The notes under the pieces were generated by a model. That model saw nothing but the letters and a program-made list of their open reading frames with translations, was not told the DNA's origin and ran no database searches. Below are positions 20,330-28,523 of a DNA stretch of 64,000 nt, piece after piece (the stretch's first letter is position 1; each line of letters opens with the position of its first letter). The DNA is from a virus, in the IMG/VR virus record IMGVR_UViG_3300047548_000772, positions 1 through 64,000 of that record. One strand, given 5' to 3'. A program made the position numbers and the translations under genes.

Positions 20330-20580
20330 AACCTCCGTTTACAGCCGTTCGCAAAGTTTATCACGTTCCTACCAACGACTTCAACGACCTTGTCTGGGGG
20401 TTGTGGCACGAGGTTAAACGCATTTCTCATGGTAAAGTTGAAATATTAGGTGGCCCGGGCATGGACGAACTTGATTGGTTGTTCGAAAGTCAAGACGATG
20501 CCATATGGTTTATGTTAAAGTATGGTGGTAAGGATGTTACTAACGAATTTAGGGCATGGCAAAACAATGGGCTGGACTAA
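20326..20580 (+). CDS. LRW-family short protein
   Basis: LFESQDDAIWFMLKYG. Confidence 0.78.
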   Translation: MKPPFTAVRKVYHVPTNDFNDLVWGLWHEVKRISHGKVEILGGPGMDELDWLFESQDDAIWFMLKYGGKDVTNEFRAWQNNGLD

Positions 20581-20851
20581 CATACAATACGAAACAATTA
20601 ACTACGATCCAAACTTAAAGCCGACTCACAAAAGCATTTGGGACGGTGAGCAGTTTGTTACTCGCACAATTTATCACGTGCCTATTGTAATAGGCGATGC
20701 AAGCGAAAAAGCAAAGTGGCTAAACGAAACATTTGGACACGGACGTACCGGGCGTAACAGTTACGATGAAAATGGTTATTGGGCAGTTGGTCCTACCAGG
20801 ATCAGCATGGAAGAAAAAGTCTACATGATGTATCGACTGCGATGGGGCTAA
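20567..20851 (+). CDS. LRW-family short protein
   Basis: WLNETFG...SMEEKVYMMYRLRWG*. Confidence 0.78.
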   Translation: MGWTNIQYETINYDPNLKPTHKSIWDGEQFVTRTIYHVPIVIGDASEKAKWLNETFGHGRTGRNSYDENGYWAVGPTRISMEEKVYMMYRLRWG

Positions 20852-21117
20852 TTGAACTTCGTGAATGGCAATGGGAAATGATCCTTGCCCGGCTCAAAGA
20901 AGAATATGCTAGTACACCTAGTATGTTTTTAATGCGCGGCAAAATGCGCGACTGTTTGGGTTTTGTTCATCGCCATCATACACAATGGGTCAGCAAAGAA
21001 ACTCGAGGCTACTATCGCGAGTGTGTATGTATTGACTTTTATAACGCTGCTGCTGAATCAATGTTTCGACTAAAATATGCAGACATTCTTAACATGGAGA
21101 ACAAACACGGCTTATAG
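20842..21117 (+). CDS. LRW-family short protein
   Basis: DFYNAAAESMFRLKYA. Confidence 0.72.
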   Translation: MGLIELREWQWEMILARLKEEYASTPSMFLMRGKMRDCLGFVHRHHTQWVSKETRGYYRECVCIDFYNAAAESMFRLKYADILNMENKHGL

Positions 21118-21241
21118 TGTTGTAAGTTTACAACATAATACTAAAAATTTCACCGTTTTCGTCGCTAAACCACGACATTTCTTGTATCATGCAATGCAAT
21201 ACTAACTAAGTATTAACCTATAAACAACTAAGGAGAAGCAC

Positions 21242-22459
21242 ATGAAGAAGAGTCTAGTCGCTCTATCAATCGCAGCAATGTCAACTGCTGCTCTCGCTCA
21301 AAGCAACGTTACCATTTATGGTGTTGCAGACGTGTCAGCACAAGGCACCAACGTAACACAAGGTGTTGGCGCACCAGGCGGTACAGAAGGTGGCGCATTT
21401 AATCTAAAGTCAAACGACTCATTGCTTGGCTTCAAGGGCACCGAAGCTCTTGGCAACGGTAACAAGGCATTGTTCCAATTGGAATCGTATGTTAACGTTA
21501 CTGGCAACAACCAAGGTCCATCATATGGCAACGGCAACAACCTATTTGGTGGTATGCGTGATTCATTTGTTGGCTTCGGCAGCAAGTACGGTACAATCCA
21601 AGGTGGTTACTTCTCAACTCCATACCGTGCTAGCCTACTAACATTTGATGTATTCCCAGGCGACCGTAGTGACTCGGTACTAATCAACACTATGGGCAAG
21701 CAACGCATCGGTTATCGTGGTCTTACTGATCAAGCCAGCACTGGCTACGTCCAAGCCGACAACGCAGTTCGTGCAACTGGTCTACAATATGCTATGCCAA
21801 CTCTTTATGGCATCAATGGTTCGATCGCTTACACCGGTTCAAATAACAACGGCACAAGCAACCAAACCAATAACACAGTTGGTCTGAACACACAAACAAG
21901 CCTAGCAGGTCAAAACGCACTATCAATGAACTTGGGCTGGACTGGCTACGGTGTTAACATTGCTGGTGCTTTTCAACAAACCAAGCTAAACTCAACTGTC
22001 AATGCTGACAACGGCTTCACATCAACAACCCCATTTAGCGGTTACACCAGCTACATGGTCGGTGCACAGTACACAGGCCTACCGGGTCTAAAGGCAGCAG
22101 TTGCCTACAACCGCAACAGCCTTGGTACTAACAACTCATCAGACCTAGGCGCAAGCAAGGGCAGCAACAACCAAATCTACGTTGGTGCAAGCTATCGCTT
22201 TGGTAACAACGAGCCACGTGCTTCTTACATCAGCACCAGCGACACATCAGGCTTTAACGTTGGCCAAGATGGTGGTACACAGTGGAACCTAGGTTGGGCT
22301 TACTATCTAAGCAAGCGCACCAACGTTTACGGCATGGTCACCCAGTACAAGAACAACGCTAACGGCGTATGGGCACCATATCAAACTGGTACTAACCTAA
22401 TGCCAACTGGTGGTCAAATGCTAACCACATACGGTGTTGGTCTACGTACAAACTTCTAA
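21242..22459 (+). CDS. Gram-negative general porin (Betaproteobacteria-type)
   Basis: signal peptide, AQSNVTIYGVADV, GFKGTEALG, YYLSKRTNVY, C-terminal VGLRTNF. Confidence 0.93.
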   Translation: MKKSLVALSIAAMSTAALAQSNVTIYGVADVSAQGTNVTQGVGAPGGTEGGAFNLKSNDSLLGFKGTEALGNGNKALFQLESYVNVTGNNQGPSYGNGNNLFGGMRDSFVGFGSKYGTIQGGYFSTPYRASLLTFDVFPGDRSDSVLINTMGKQRIGYRGLTDQASTGYVQADNAVRATGLQYAMPTLYGINGSIAYTGSNNNGTSNQTNNTVGLNTQTSLAGQNALSMNLGWTGYGVNIAGAFQQTKLNSTVNADNGFTSTTPFSGYTSYMVGAQYTGLPGLKAAVAYNRNSLGTNNSSDLGASKGSNNQIYVGASYRFGNNEPRASYISTSDTSGFNVGQDGGTQWNLGWAYYLSKRTNVYGMVTQYKNNANGVWAPYQTGTNLMPTGGQMLTTYGVGLRTNF

Positions 22460-22469
22460 GGAGAACTAG

Positions 22470-23042
22470 ATGAAGCGATATCTACTAACGCTTCTTCTAG
22501 CAGTGACCACTGCGGCTTTTGCCCAACAAGGGCCGCAGGGTTATCTAACTGACACTAATGGTCAGGTCGTTAGAAGTGGCACAGGACTATGCTGGCACAC
22601 AGGTTATTGGACTCCGGCTAATGCAACTGTTGAAGGTTGCGACGGCTATGCCAAAGCTGCGCCAGCGGGTGCCAAAGTTACACTTCAGGCAGACACCTTG
22701 TTTGATTTTAACAAGGCAACACTAAAGCCCGAAGGTAAGACAGCACTTAATAATGTTATTAAGTCAGCACAAGGTACGAAGGTTGAAATCTTTGCAGTTG
22801 TTGGTTACACCGACCGCATCGGTTCAGACAAGTATAACCTTGCACTAAGTGAAAAGCGGGCTGCGGCTGTTAAGGCTTACTTTGTGAGTCAAGGCGTTCC
22901 AGCAGATGCTATTATCACCCAAGGTCGTGGCAAGGCTAACCCAGTTACAGGCGATTCCTGTAAGGGTCAAGTCAGTAGCAAACTAATTAGTTGCTTACAG
23001 CCAGACCGTCGTGCTGTTGTGGAAATCATCGGCACAAAGTAA
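22470..23042 (+). CDS. OmpA-family peptidoglycan-binding protein
   Basis: signal peptide, ADTLFDFNKA, GYTDRIGSDKYNLALSEKRA, DRRAVVEI. Confidence 0.93.
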   Translation: MKRYLLTLLLAVTTAAFAQQGPQGYLTDTNGQVVRSGTGLCWHTGYWTPANATVEGCDGYAKAAPAGAKVTLQADTLFDFNKATLKPEGKTALNNVIKSAQGTKVEIFAVVGYTDRIGSDKYNLALSEKRAAAVKAYFVSQGVPADAIITQGRGKANPVTGDSCKGQVSSKLISCLQPDRRAVVEIIGTK

Positions 23043-23060
23043 TTTAAACAATTACTAACA

Positions 23061-23087
23061 AAAAGGCACCTTTAAGGTGCCTTTTTT
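23061..23087 (+). terminator. intrinsic terminator
   Basis: AGGCACCT/AGGTGCCT stem plus U tract. Confidence 0.85.
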
Positions 23088-23098
23088 ATTGCAACGCA

Positions 23099-23174
23099 AT
23101 AGCATTGACTAATAGACCTTATTAAAAAATACAATGGAAAATACCTTGTTTTTAGGAATTTTCTATGCTAAATT
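23099..23174 (+). promoter_or_regulatory. putative OxyR box and promoter of the ahpC operon
   Basis: ATAG-N7-TAAT-N7-ATTA-N7-CAAT, then TTGTTT-N17-TAAATT with extended -10. Confidence 0.65.
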
Positions 23175-23233
23175 ATAGCATGTAGAACAAAACAAGTTCT
23201 ACGTCATTTTCGTTCATAACATAGGAGATTTAA

Positions 23234-23779
23234 ATGAAAACAGTAGGACAAAATCTAGATCCATTTGTAGTAACCGGAGTTAAGCCAGGCCAACCAGATG
23301 ATGCTTTCTTTGACATTACCGAAAAGTCATTTGAAGGCAAATGGAAAGTAATCGTTTACTATCCAAAAGACTTTACATTCGTATGCCCAACAGAAATTGT
23401 TGCCTACGATAAACTAACACAAGATTTTGAAGATCGCGATGCTGTACTTCTAACTGGTTCAACAGACAACGAGTTTTGTAAGGTCAGTTGGCAAACAGCC
23501 CATCCAGATCTAAAGAACATCAAGCACGTTCAGTTTGCTGACACCCAACGCGGCGAACTAAGCCTAATCAATCAACTAGGCGTGTTCTATGCGCCAGCAG
23601 GTGCTGCTCTACGTGCTACATTTATTGTTGATCCCGACAATGAAATTCAGCACGTTACTATTAACAACCTAAACGTTGGTCGTAGCCCCGACGAAACACT
23701 TCGTGTGCTTGATGCTCTACAAACTGGCGAACTATGTGCTTGCAACCGCAAGGTTGGCGGCGATACTTTAAAGGTGTAA
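23234..23779 (+). CDS. ahpC: peroxiredoxin (alkyl hydroperoxide reductase C)
   Basis: YPKDFTFVCPTEI, GELCACN. Confidence 0.96.
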   Translation: MKTVGQNLDPFVVTGVKPGQPDDAFFDITEKSFEGKWKVIVYYPKDFTFVCPTEIVAYDKLTQDFEDRDAVLLTGSTDNEFCKVSWQTAHPDLKNIKHVQFADTQRGELSLINQLGVFYAPAGAALRATFIVDPDNEIQHVTINNLNVGRSPDETLRVLDALQTGELCACNRKVGGDTLKV

Positions 23780-23781
23780 TC

Positions 23782-23937
23782 ATGAGTTGTGGATGCGGAC
23801 GTAGCCCAACTGGCGAATGTATTGGGTGGCATGGATTAACTGAAGAAATGTATCAGGAAGCCCTTGCTGAATACCAAGCCTCAGAGCGTATGCAACAGGT
23901 TAACGACTTGTTTTACGATCAAGGAGAAGACAAGTGA
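23782..23937 (+). CDS. small CDGSH-like Fe-S/Zn protein
   Basis: CGCGRSPTGECIGWH. Confidence 0.6.
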   Translation: MSCGCGRSPTGECIGWHGLTEEMYQEALAEYQASERMQQVNDLFYDQGEDK

Positions 23938-24443
23938 GTTGGGTACAAACACTCAAAGAAGCGTTACCAGATTACGCTAAAGATACTCGTTTAAATCTAG
24001 ACGGTGTTGTTAATCGAAGCACCTTAGACGCAGACGAAGCACAAGGTTGTGCTCTTGCTGCTGCTGTTGCTACAGGCAATGGTAAGATTGTTAGCATCAT
24101 TCTTGGCGGCATGGAAAATGCTGTCGAGCGCGATGCAGCAATGACTGCTGCTGCAACCATGGCCCAAAACAATACTTGGTATCCATATGTTGAAATGGTA
24201 GGCGGAGGCTTAGATGGTATTCCTCCGCAACTCAGAATGAACGCCATTGCCAGTCACGGTGGCACTACGAAGGCTCGATTCGAAGCATATAGTTTGGCGG
24301 CTTCGATCGTTGGTAAGTGCCACTTCTGTGTAAAGGCTCATTTTGATACATTGAAGGCAGAAGGATATACAACTGATCAACTACGCGACATTGGACGTAT
24401 TGCCGCAGTAATGACATCGGTGTGTAGAGTATTAGTGGGTTAA
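23934..24443 (+). CDS. ahpD: alkylhydroperoxidase AhpD
   Basis: LPDYAKDTRLNL, MAQNNTWY, GKCHFCVKAH. Confidence 0.92.
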   Translation: MSWVQTLKEALPDYAKDTRLNLDGVVNRSTLDADEAQGCALAAAVATGNGKIVSIILGGMENAVERDAAMTAAATMAQNNTWYPYVEMVGGGLDGIPPQLRMNAIASHGGTTKARFEAYSLAASIVGKCHFCVKAHFDTLKAEGYTTDQLRDIGRIAAVMTSVCRVLVG

Positions 24444-24445
24444 TC

Positions 24446-24469
24446 AAAAGCCCGCCGAAGCGGGCTTTT
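24446..24469. terminator. intrinsic terminator (bidirectional-type)
   Basis: AAAAGCCCGC-CGAA-GCGGGCTTTT. Confidence 0.85.
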
Positions 24470-24506
24470 GTACGACCATTTTTGCTGCTATGCAATAAAT
24501 ATTTTC

Positions 24507-24707
24507 ATGTTCGCAAAAGTGCACGAGTCTTATTACGGCCCTGTTCGCAACCACTGGGGCTATGTTATTGAGTTGGCTATCATTGACGATACAATGATAA
24601 CCCGTACTCGTACACCTTATTCAAAGCGTTTAGACATACGTTACTTCTTTGACGAAGCAGATTTGTACGAATACATCCAAATGATCAATCAAGATCGCCG
24701 TTTTTAA
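24507..24707 (+). CDS. small hypothetical protein
   Basis: ATAAATA just upstream. Confidence 0.5.
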   Translation: MFAKVHESYYGPVRNHWGYVIELAIIDDTMITRTRTPYSKRLDIRYFFDEADLYEYIQMINQDRRF

Positions 24708-24750
24708 CCGAAATACTTGCAGATAAGTTTTTTTCTGCTATACTTAAATT

Positions 24751-25278
24751 ATGGAATATAGCGGATACGTTTATCTAATTGGGTCTCCAGTATTTGGATG
24801 GTACAAGATCGGAAAATCAATTACACCCGAGGTACGAATTAAAGATCTGGGAATTCTATTACCATTTAAGATCCACGTAATCGGTGTTTGGGGTGCTAAA
24901 AACCATCATCAGTTAGAACGAGCACTACACGAGATTCATAAATCTCGGCGCATAAATGGTGAATGGTTTGAATTCTCTAAAAAGGAAGTATATGAAGAAG
25001 TATTTGGAAAAATACCAGAAGAAGTTAGAGTGTATCCGATTGAGAATGACGAACATTTTTTAGACAAATTTTCAAACATTGATGAAGATACTAAAGGTGT
25101 CCGAAAAGTCATTGGTGTTCGTACACAAAAACTTCGAGGTAATTTTACACCAGAAGAACGTGAGGCAAAACGTCTAGCAGCAATAGAAAAACAAAAAGAA
25201 AAGAAAAGACAACGTGATAACTTAAAAGAAATTAAGTCTAATATGGGTTTTAGTCGTATAGGGAGAAACAATATATAA
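24751..25278 (+). CDS. T5orf172/GIY-YIG-like nuclease domain protein
   Basis: GYVYLI...YKIGKS...RIKDL...ERALH...GEWF. Confidence 0.85.
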   Translation: MEYSGYVYLIGSPVFGWYKIGKSITPEVRIKDLGILLPFKIHVIGVWGAKNHHQLERALHEIHKSRRINGEWFEFSKKEVYEEVFGKIPEEVRVYPIENDEHFLDKFSNIDEDTKGVRKVIGVRTQKLRGNFTPEEREAKRLAAIEKQKEKKRQRDNLKEIKSNMGFSRIGRNNI

Positions 25279-25358
25279 ATACATTGTGTCAGGTGACACA
25301 CCAAACGGAGTTTAAATTTGGGCTCTTACTCTGTGAGCCGTTACAATTGGAGAAAAAT

Positions 25359-26198
25359 ATGATGTATCATTCGAAGTTCGCTGCGGCGATTAAAGTTAAT
25401 GGCAAGGTCTTACGTGAATTCAAGGACCAAGTATATGTTCCGTTTGCCTCGGAATACTCAGTACTATTAAAAAATCTAAACACTAAACGAGCCATTGTAA
25501 ATGTTTACATTGATGGTGAAAATCAGACGCCTGGCGGTTTAGTTATTGATGCAGGCCGTGAGTGCAATCTAGAGCGTAGCATTAAAAACAACAACCTCAA
25601 CGAAGGCAATAAGTTCAAGTTTATTGAACGTACCAGCAACATTGAAAACCATCGTGGCATTGGTGTAGAAGATGGTATTGTTCGCATCGAGTTTGAGTTT
25701 GAACGTGAACAACCACAGTGGTATATTAACAACTCTGTGACCAATGGGCTCGACCCAGGCCGTTATCCTTGGGATCAAACTAACACGCCATACTATGGAC
25801 CATACTATGGAGTAGCCCAGGGCGGGCTTGCTACAAATTCGGTGCTACGTGGCCGTGGCACTAGTGCTAGTTTAAACAATGTATCAATTGGTGCTCAAGG
25901 TGCGCCCATTGTTGATGTTACTAACGCTGTGGCACAGAATGTATCTTACAACGATGCTGGTATTACTGTAGCAGGCAGCAAGTCTGATCAAAAGTTTAGT
26001 ACTGTGTCAGGCGTTTATGGCGATGGCACCAAGCACAACATTGTGCTGAAGTTGCTAGGCGAAACGCCAAACAACAAACCTGTTATAAAGGAGGTTACAG
26101 TCAAAGCAAAGCAGAGATGTGATACTTGCGGGCGTCAGAACAAGCATACCGCCAAATTCTGCACCGAGTGCGGTACATCTTTGGAAATATTTGCTTGA
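25359..26198 (+). CDS. hypothetical phage protein with C-terminal zinc ribbon
   Basis: GGAG RBS; CDTCG...CTECG; TATAAATA at 25274. Confidence 0.8.
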   Translation: MMYHSKFAAAIKVNGKVLREFKDQVYVPFASEYSVLLKNLNTKRAIVNVYIDGENQTPGGLVIDAGRECNLERSIKNNNLNEGNKFKFIERTSNIENHRGIGVEDGIVRIEFEFEREQPQWYINNSVTNGLDPGRYPWDQTNTPYYGPYYGVAQGGLATNSVLRGRGTSASLNNVSIGAQGAPIVDVTNAVAQNVSYNDAGITVAGSKSDQKFSTVSGVYGDGTKHNIVLKLLGETPNNKPVIKEVTVKAKQRCDTCGRQNKHTAKFCTECGTSLEIFA

Positions 26199-26200
26199 TC

Positions 26201-26238
26201 CAAAGGGCCTTGACAGGCCCTTTGTTTTTGTGTATAAT
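26201..26238 (+). promoter_or_regulatory. terminator hairpin overlapping a sigma70 promoter
   Basis: CAAAGGGCCT-TGAC-AGGCCCTTTG; TTGACA(26210)-N17-TATAAT. Confidence 0.8.
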
Positions 26239-26250
26239 GTGTACTTGTTT

Positions 26251-26326
26251 AGGGTTGTAGCTTAAACAGTAAAGCAATCGACTCATAATCGATGGAGTGC
26301 GGGTGCAAGTCCTGCCAGCCCTACCA
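26251..26326 (+). tRNA. tRNA with CAU anticodon (Met or Ile2)
   Basis: cloverleaf, ATCGA-CT-CAT-AA-TCGAT, CCA; atypical T-loop TGCAAGT. Confidence 0.85.
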
Positions 26327-26344
26327 TTTAATTTAGGAACAACC

Positions 26345-26581
26345 ATGTCCGAAAAACCTTTGAAAGTTGTGTTTGAACCCGGATGTTTTGATAGTTTCGA
26401 AGGCACTCAGGAAGAACTTGACGAACTTATCAAACTAATCGAAACCCAAGTAGCATCGGGCGAATTCTTTGCTAACAGCACAGAAGTCACTGATGAAATG
26501 TTTGAAGAACTTGATCCTGCAGAGCAAGCAGCAATTTTACAGGCCTTAGAAAACAGTGAGCCAAAACGAAAACTCCAATAA
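26345..26581 (+). CDS. acidic hypothetical protein
   Basis: AGGA RBS, VVFEPGCFDSFEG. Confidence 0.75.
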   Translation: MSEKPLKVVFEPGCFDSFEGTQEELDELIKLIETQVASGEFFANSTEVTDEMFEELDPAEQAAILQALENSEPKRKLQ

Positions 26582-27101
26582 ACTAAGTTCTAGTCCGGAA
26601 CGGCATAGTTTCCAACGCCAAAGTAGGTTGGATCAACGCGAAGCCGTGGCTAAACAAGCACCCGAGGATCTTGATGTATGGGACCAAATTCGCATGGATG
26701 AGGAACTGCGAGAGCAAGATCCCGAATGGCAAAAGGACAACTTAGAGTACGATCTACGGTCAACTAATTGGATTTTACAAAAAGCACGTTTGAGCAGAAC
26801 TTACTCGCAAAACTTGTACGCTGCACTATGTAACAATGATTTTCAAAAGATCGACGTTATACCTATACTCAAGGATCAACGTTGGTCATGTTCTTGGCGT
26901 TATGCCGGCGGCATTGTTGCACACATGCGTCAAGAAGGCGATTACATTGATTGGTACTGTTCGGGTATCAACGGATCGTACGAAGACGAACCAGACACAC
27001 GCACACGAGGCGAAGTTGCCGAAGGTTATGTAACTGATGAGATACGCCAAGACCTCAAGGCACTAGGATGGATTGTCATAGATTATGACGCTAATAAATA
27101 G
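26556..27101 (+). CDS. hypothetical phage protein
   Basis: WSCSWRYAGGIVA...YIDWYCSG. Confidence 0.75.
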   Translation: MSQNENSNKLSSSPERHSFQRQSRLDQREAVAKQAPEDLDVWDQIRMDEELREQDPEWQKDNLEYDLRSTNWILQKARLSRTYSQNLYAALCNNDFQKIDVIPILKDQRWSCSWRYAGGIVAHMRQEGDYIDWYCSGINGSYEDEPDTRTRGEVAEGYVTDEIRQDLKALGWIVIDYDANK

Positions 27102-28173
27102 ATCTATGATATCAAGCACCAAAGTTATTATTCCTCAAGTTGATTTTAACATTACCAATCAGTGCAATTTAAACTGCAACGGCTGTTATTCTCTTTCGAA
27201 TTATGATTTAACCGGGCACCAATTGTGGAATGACTACAAGGATTCTTGCCAAGAATTAAGTACAAAAGTACACATCAACGAATGGACATTATACGGCGGA
27301 GAACCCACTCTTAACCCAACCTACTTGGATTGGTTAAAAGGTTTGTCGGAACTATGGCCCAACAGCAATGGATATCTACTGACCAATGGATTCACGCTCA
27401 ATGATCGAAGTACTAAAAGCAAAAAGTTGTACGAGTTTTTAGCAGAGCACGCCGATAAAGTAAGTGTTAGAATAAGTTTGCACGATGTTCGTAAACTCAA
27501 TGATATGATTGCAAATGTCAAATCTTGGCTAAAGGATATTGTTGACACTAGCAGATATCCAGATATCGAAAAGGTTTTTAACAGCAAACAAAACTGGGCA
27601 GAGTCTTATGCTCGCATCAAAGATGCTAGTTGGCCCGATTGTAAATCGTGGGACGATTTTAAGAATTTACCGCAATGGATTCAAGATGAATGTGATTCGC
27701 AATTTAACTTCTCGGATGTTAAATTCAAAGATAATTTGCAAGGATACAAGTTTATCGACGTAAACGGAGTAACTGTGCAGCTCGACAAGATCCATTGGCA
27801 TGTTAGCGGACCTTTGCTGCCGCAAGCCGATTTGAAAACGTTTAAACTACATTCTAGTGACCCAGTGAAAGCCCACGATGTTTGTAACATTAAAAACTGT
27901 ACAGAATTTTATCAAGGTAAGCTGCACAAGTGTAATGCTGCTTCTCATTTTGGCGAGTTTAACCGTCAATACTATATAGAACTAACCGAAGAAGAAGAAC
28001 GAATCCTAAATGCTTACACACCGTGTGATGCCAGTTCTAGCATTGAAGAGATCCGGGATTTCTTAGAAATGATCAAACACCCGATACCTCAATGCAGATT
28101 TTGCAACGATTCCCCTATCCCGATCGAAACACAAGCTACTGTAAAACCGATTAAGTTCCAAAAGCGTATTTGA
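27085..28173 (+). CDS. radical SAM protein
   Basis: CNLNCNGC, GGEPTL, C-terminal Cys cluster. Confidence 0.9.
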   Translation: MTLINRSMISSTKVIIPQVDFNITNQCNLNCNGCYSLSNYDLTGHQLWNDYKDSCQELSTKVHINEWTLYGGEPTLNPTYLDWLKGLSELWPNSNGYLLTNGFTLNDRSTKSKKLYEFLAEHADKVSVRISLHDVRKLNDMIANVKSWLKDIVDTSRYPDIEKVFNSKQNWAESYARIKDASWPDCKSWDDFKNLPQWIQDECDSQFNFSDVKFKDNLQGYKFIDVNGVTVQLDKIHWHVSGPLLPQADLKTFKLHSSDPVKAHDVCNIKNCTEFYQGKLHKCNAASHFGEFNRQYYIELTEEEERILNAYTPCDASSSIEEIRDFLEMIKHPIPQCRFCNDSPIPIETQATVKPIKFQKRI

Positions 28174-28203
28174 CAATATTTCGCCGATTTTAGTAGCTCT
28201 CGG

Positions 28204-28314
28204 TTGACAAGGTATAAATAAAATCGTACACTACATGTTGTAGTATAAGTAACAAGGTGTTAACGCAAGATGGATTCCGTCGAGGTTGACAACAAATAAA
28301 TAATTTCGTACAAT
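28204..28314 (+). promoter_or_regulatory. tandem promoters of the RNA region
   Basis: TTGACA(28204)-N17-TACACT with TATAAATA in its spacer; TTGACA(28286)-N17-TACAAT. Confidence 0.8.
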
Positions 28315-28351
28315 GCTTACATTGTATAATTTTAAGGAAGCAACAAAACAA

Positions 28352-28498
28352 ATGCAACTCTGTTCGTTACATACATCGTTTAGAAACATAGCCAAACAGG
28401 CTGGCACAATGCCGACCTATTGGTCAGTGTCTGGAAACGATCAAAGTAATGATCGCGGTCTAGAGATTAGCCTGGGTTCCACGGAGGAACAGAAGTAG
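28352..28498 (+). CDS. putative attenuator leader peptide (48 aa, all 20 amino acids)
   Basis: AAGGAAG RBS; stop 26 nt before terminator; contains antiterminator strand. Confidence 0.7.
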   Translation: MQLCSLHTSFRNIAKQAGTMPTYWSVSGNDQSNDRGLEISLGSTEEQK

Positions 28499-28523
28499 AG
28501 TAATACTTCTAACTTATCCAAGG

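Noticed and set aside
10763-21117. Integron cassette array or diversity-generating retroelement as the cause of the small-ORF array
   Set aside because: No attC-like palindromes between genes (they overlap or abut), no integrase or reverse transcriptase in the window, and no template/variable repeat pair differing at adenines.
21120-21200. TGTAA-GT-TTACA palindrome and TGCAATGCA motif upstream of the porin
   Set aside because: Plausible host regulator sites, but too short to assign without a motif search.
28313-28351. Longer start of the leader ORF at 28313
   Set aside because: This ATG overlaps the -10 box of the 28286 promoter and has no RBS; ATG 28352 follows AAGGAAG.
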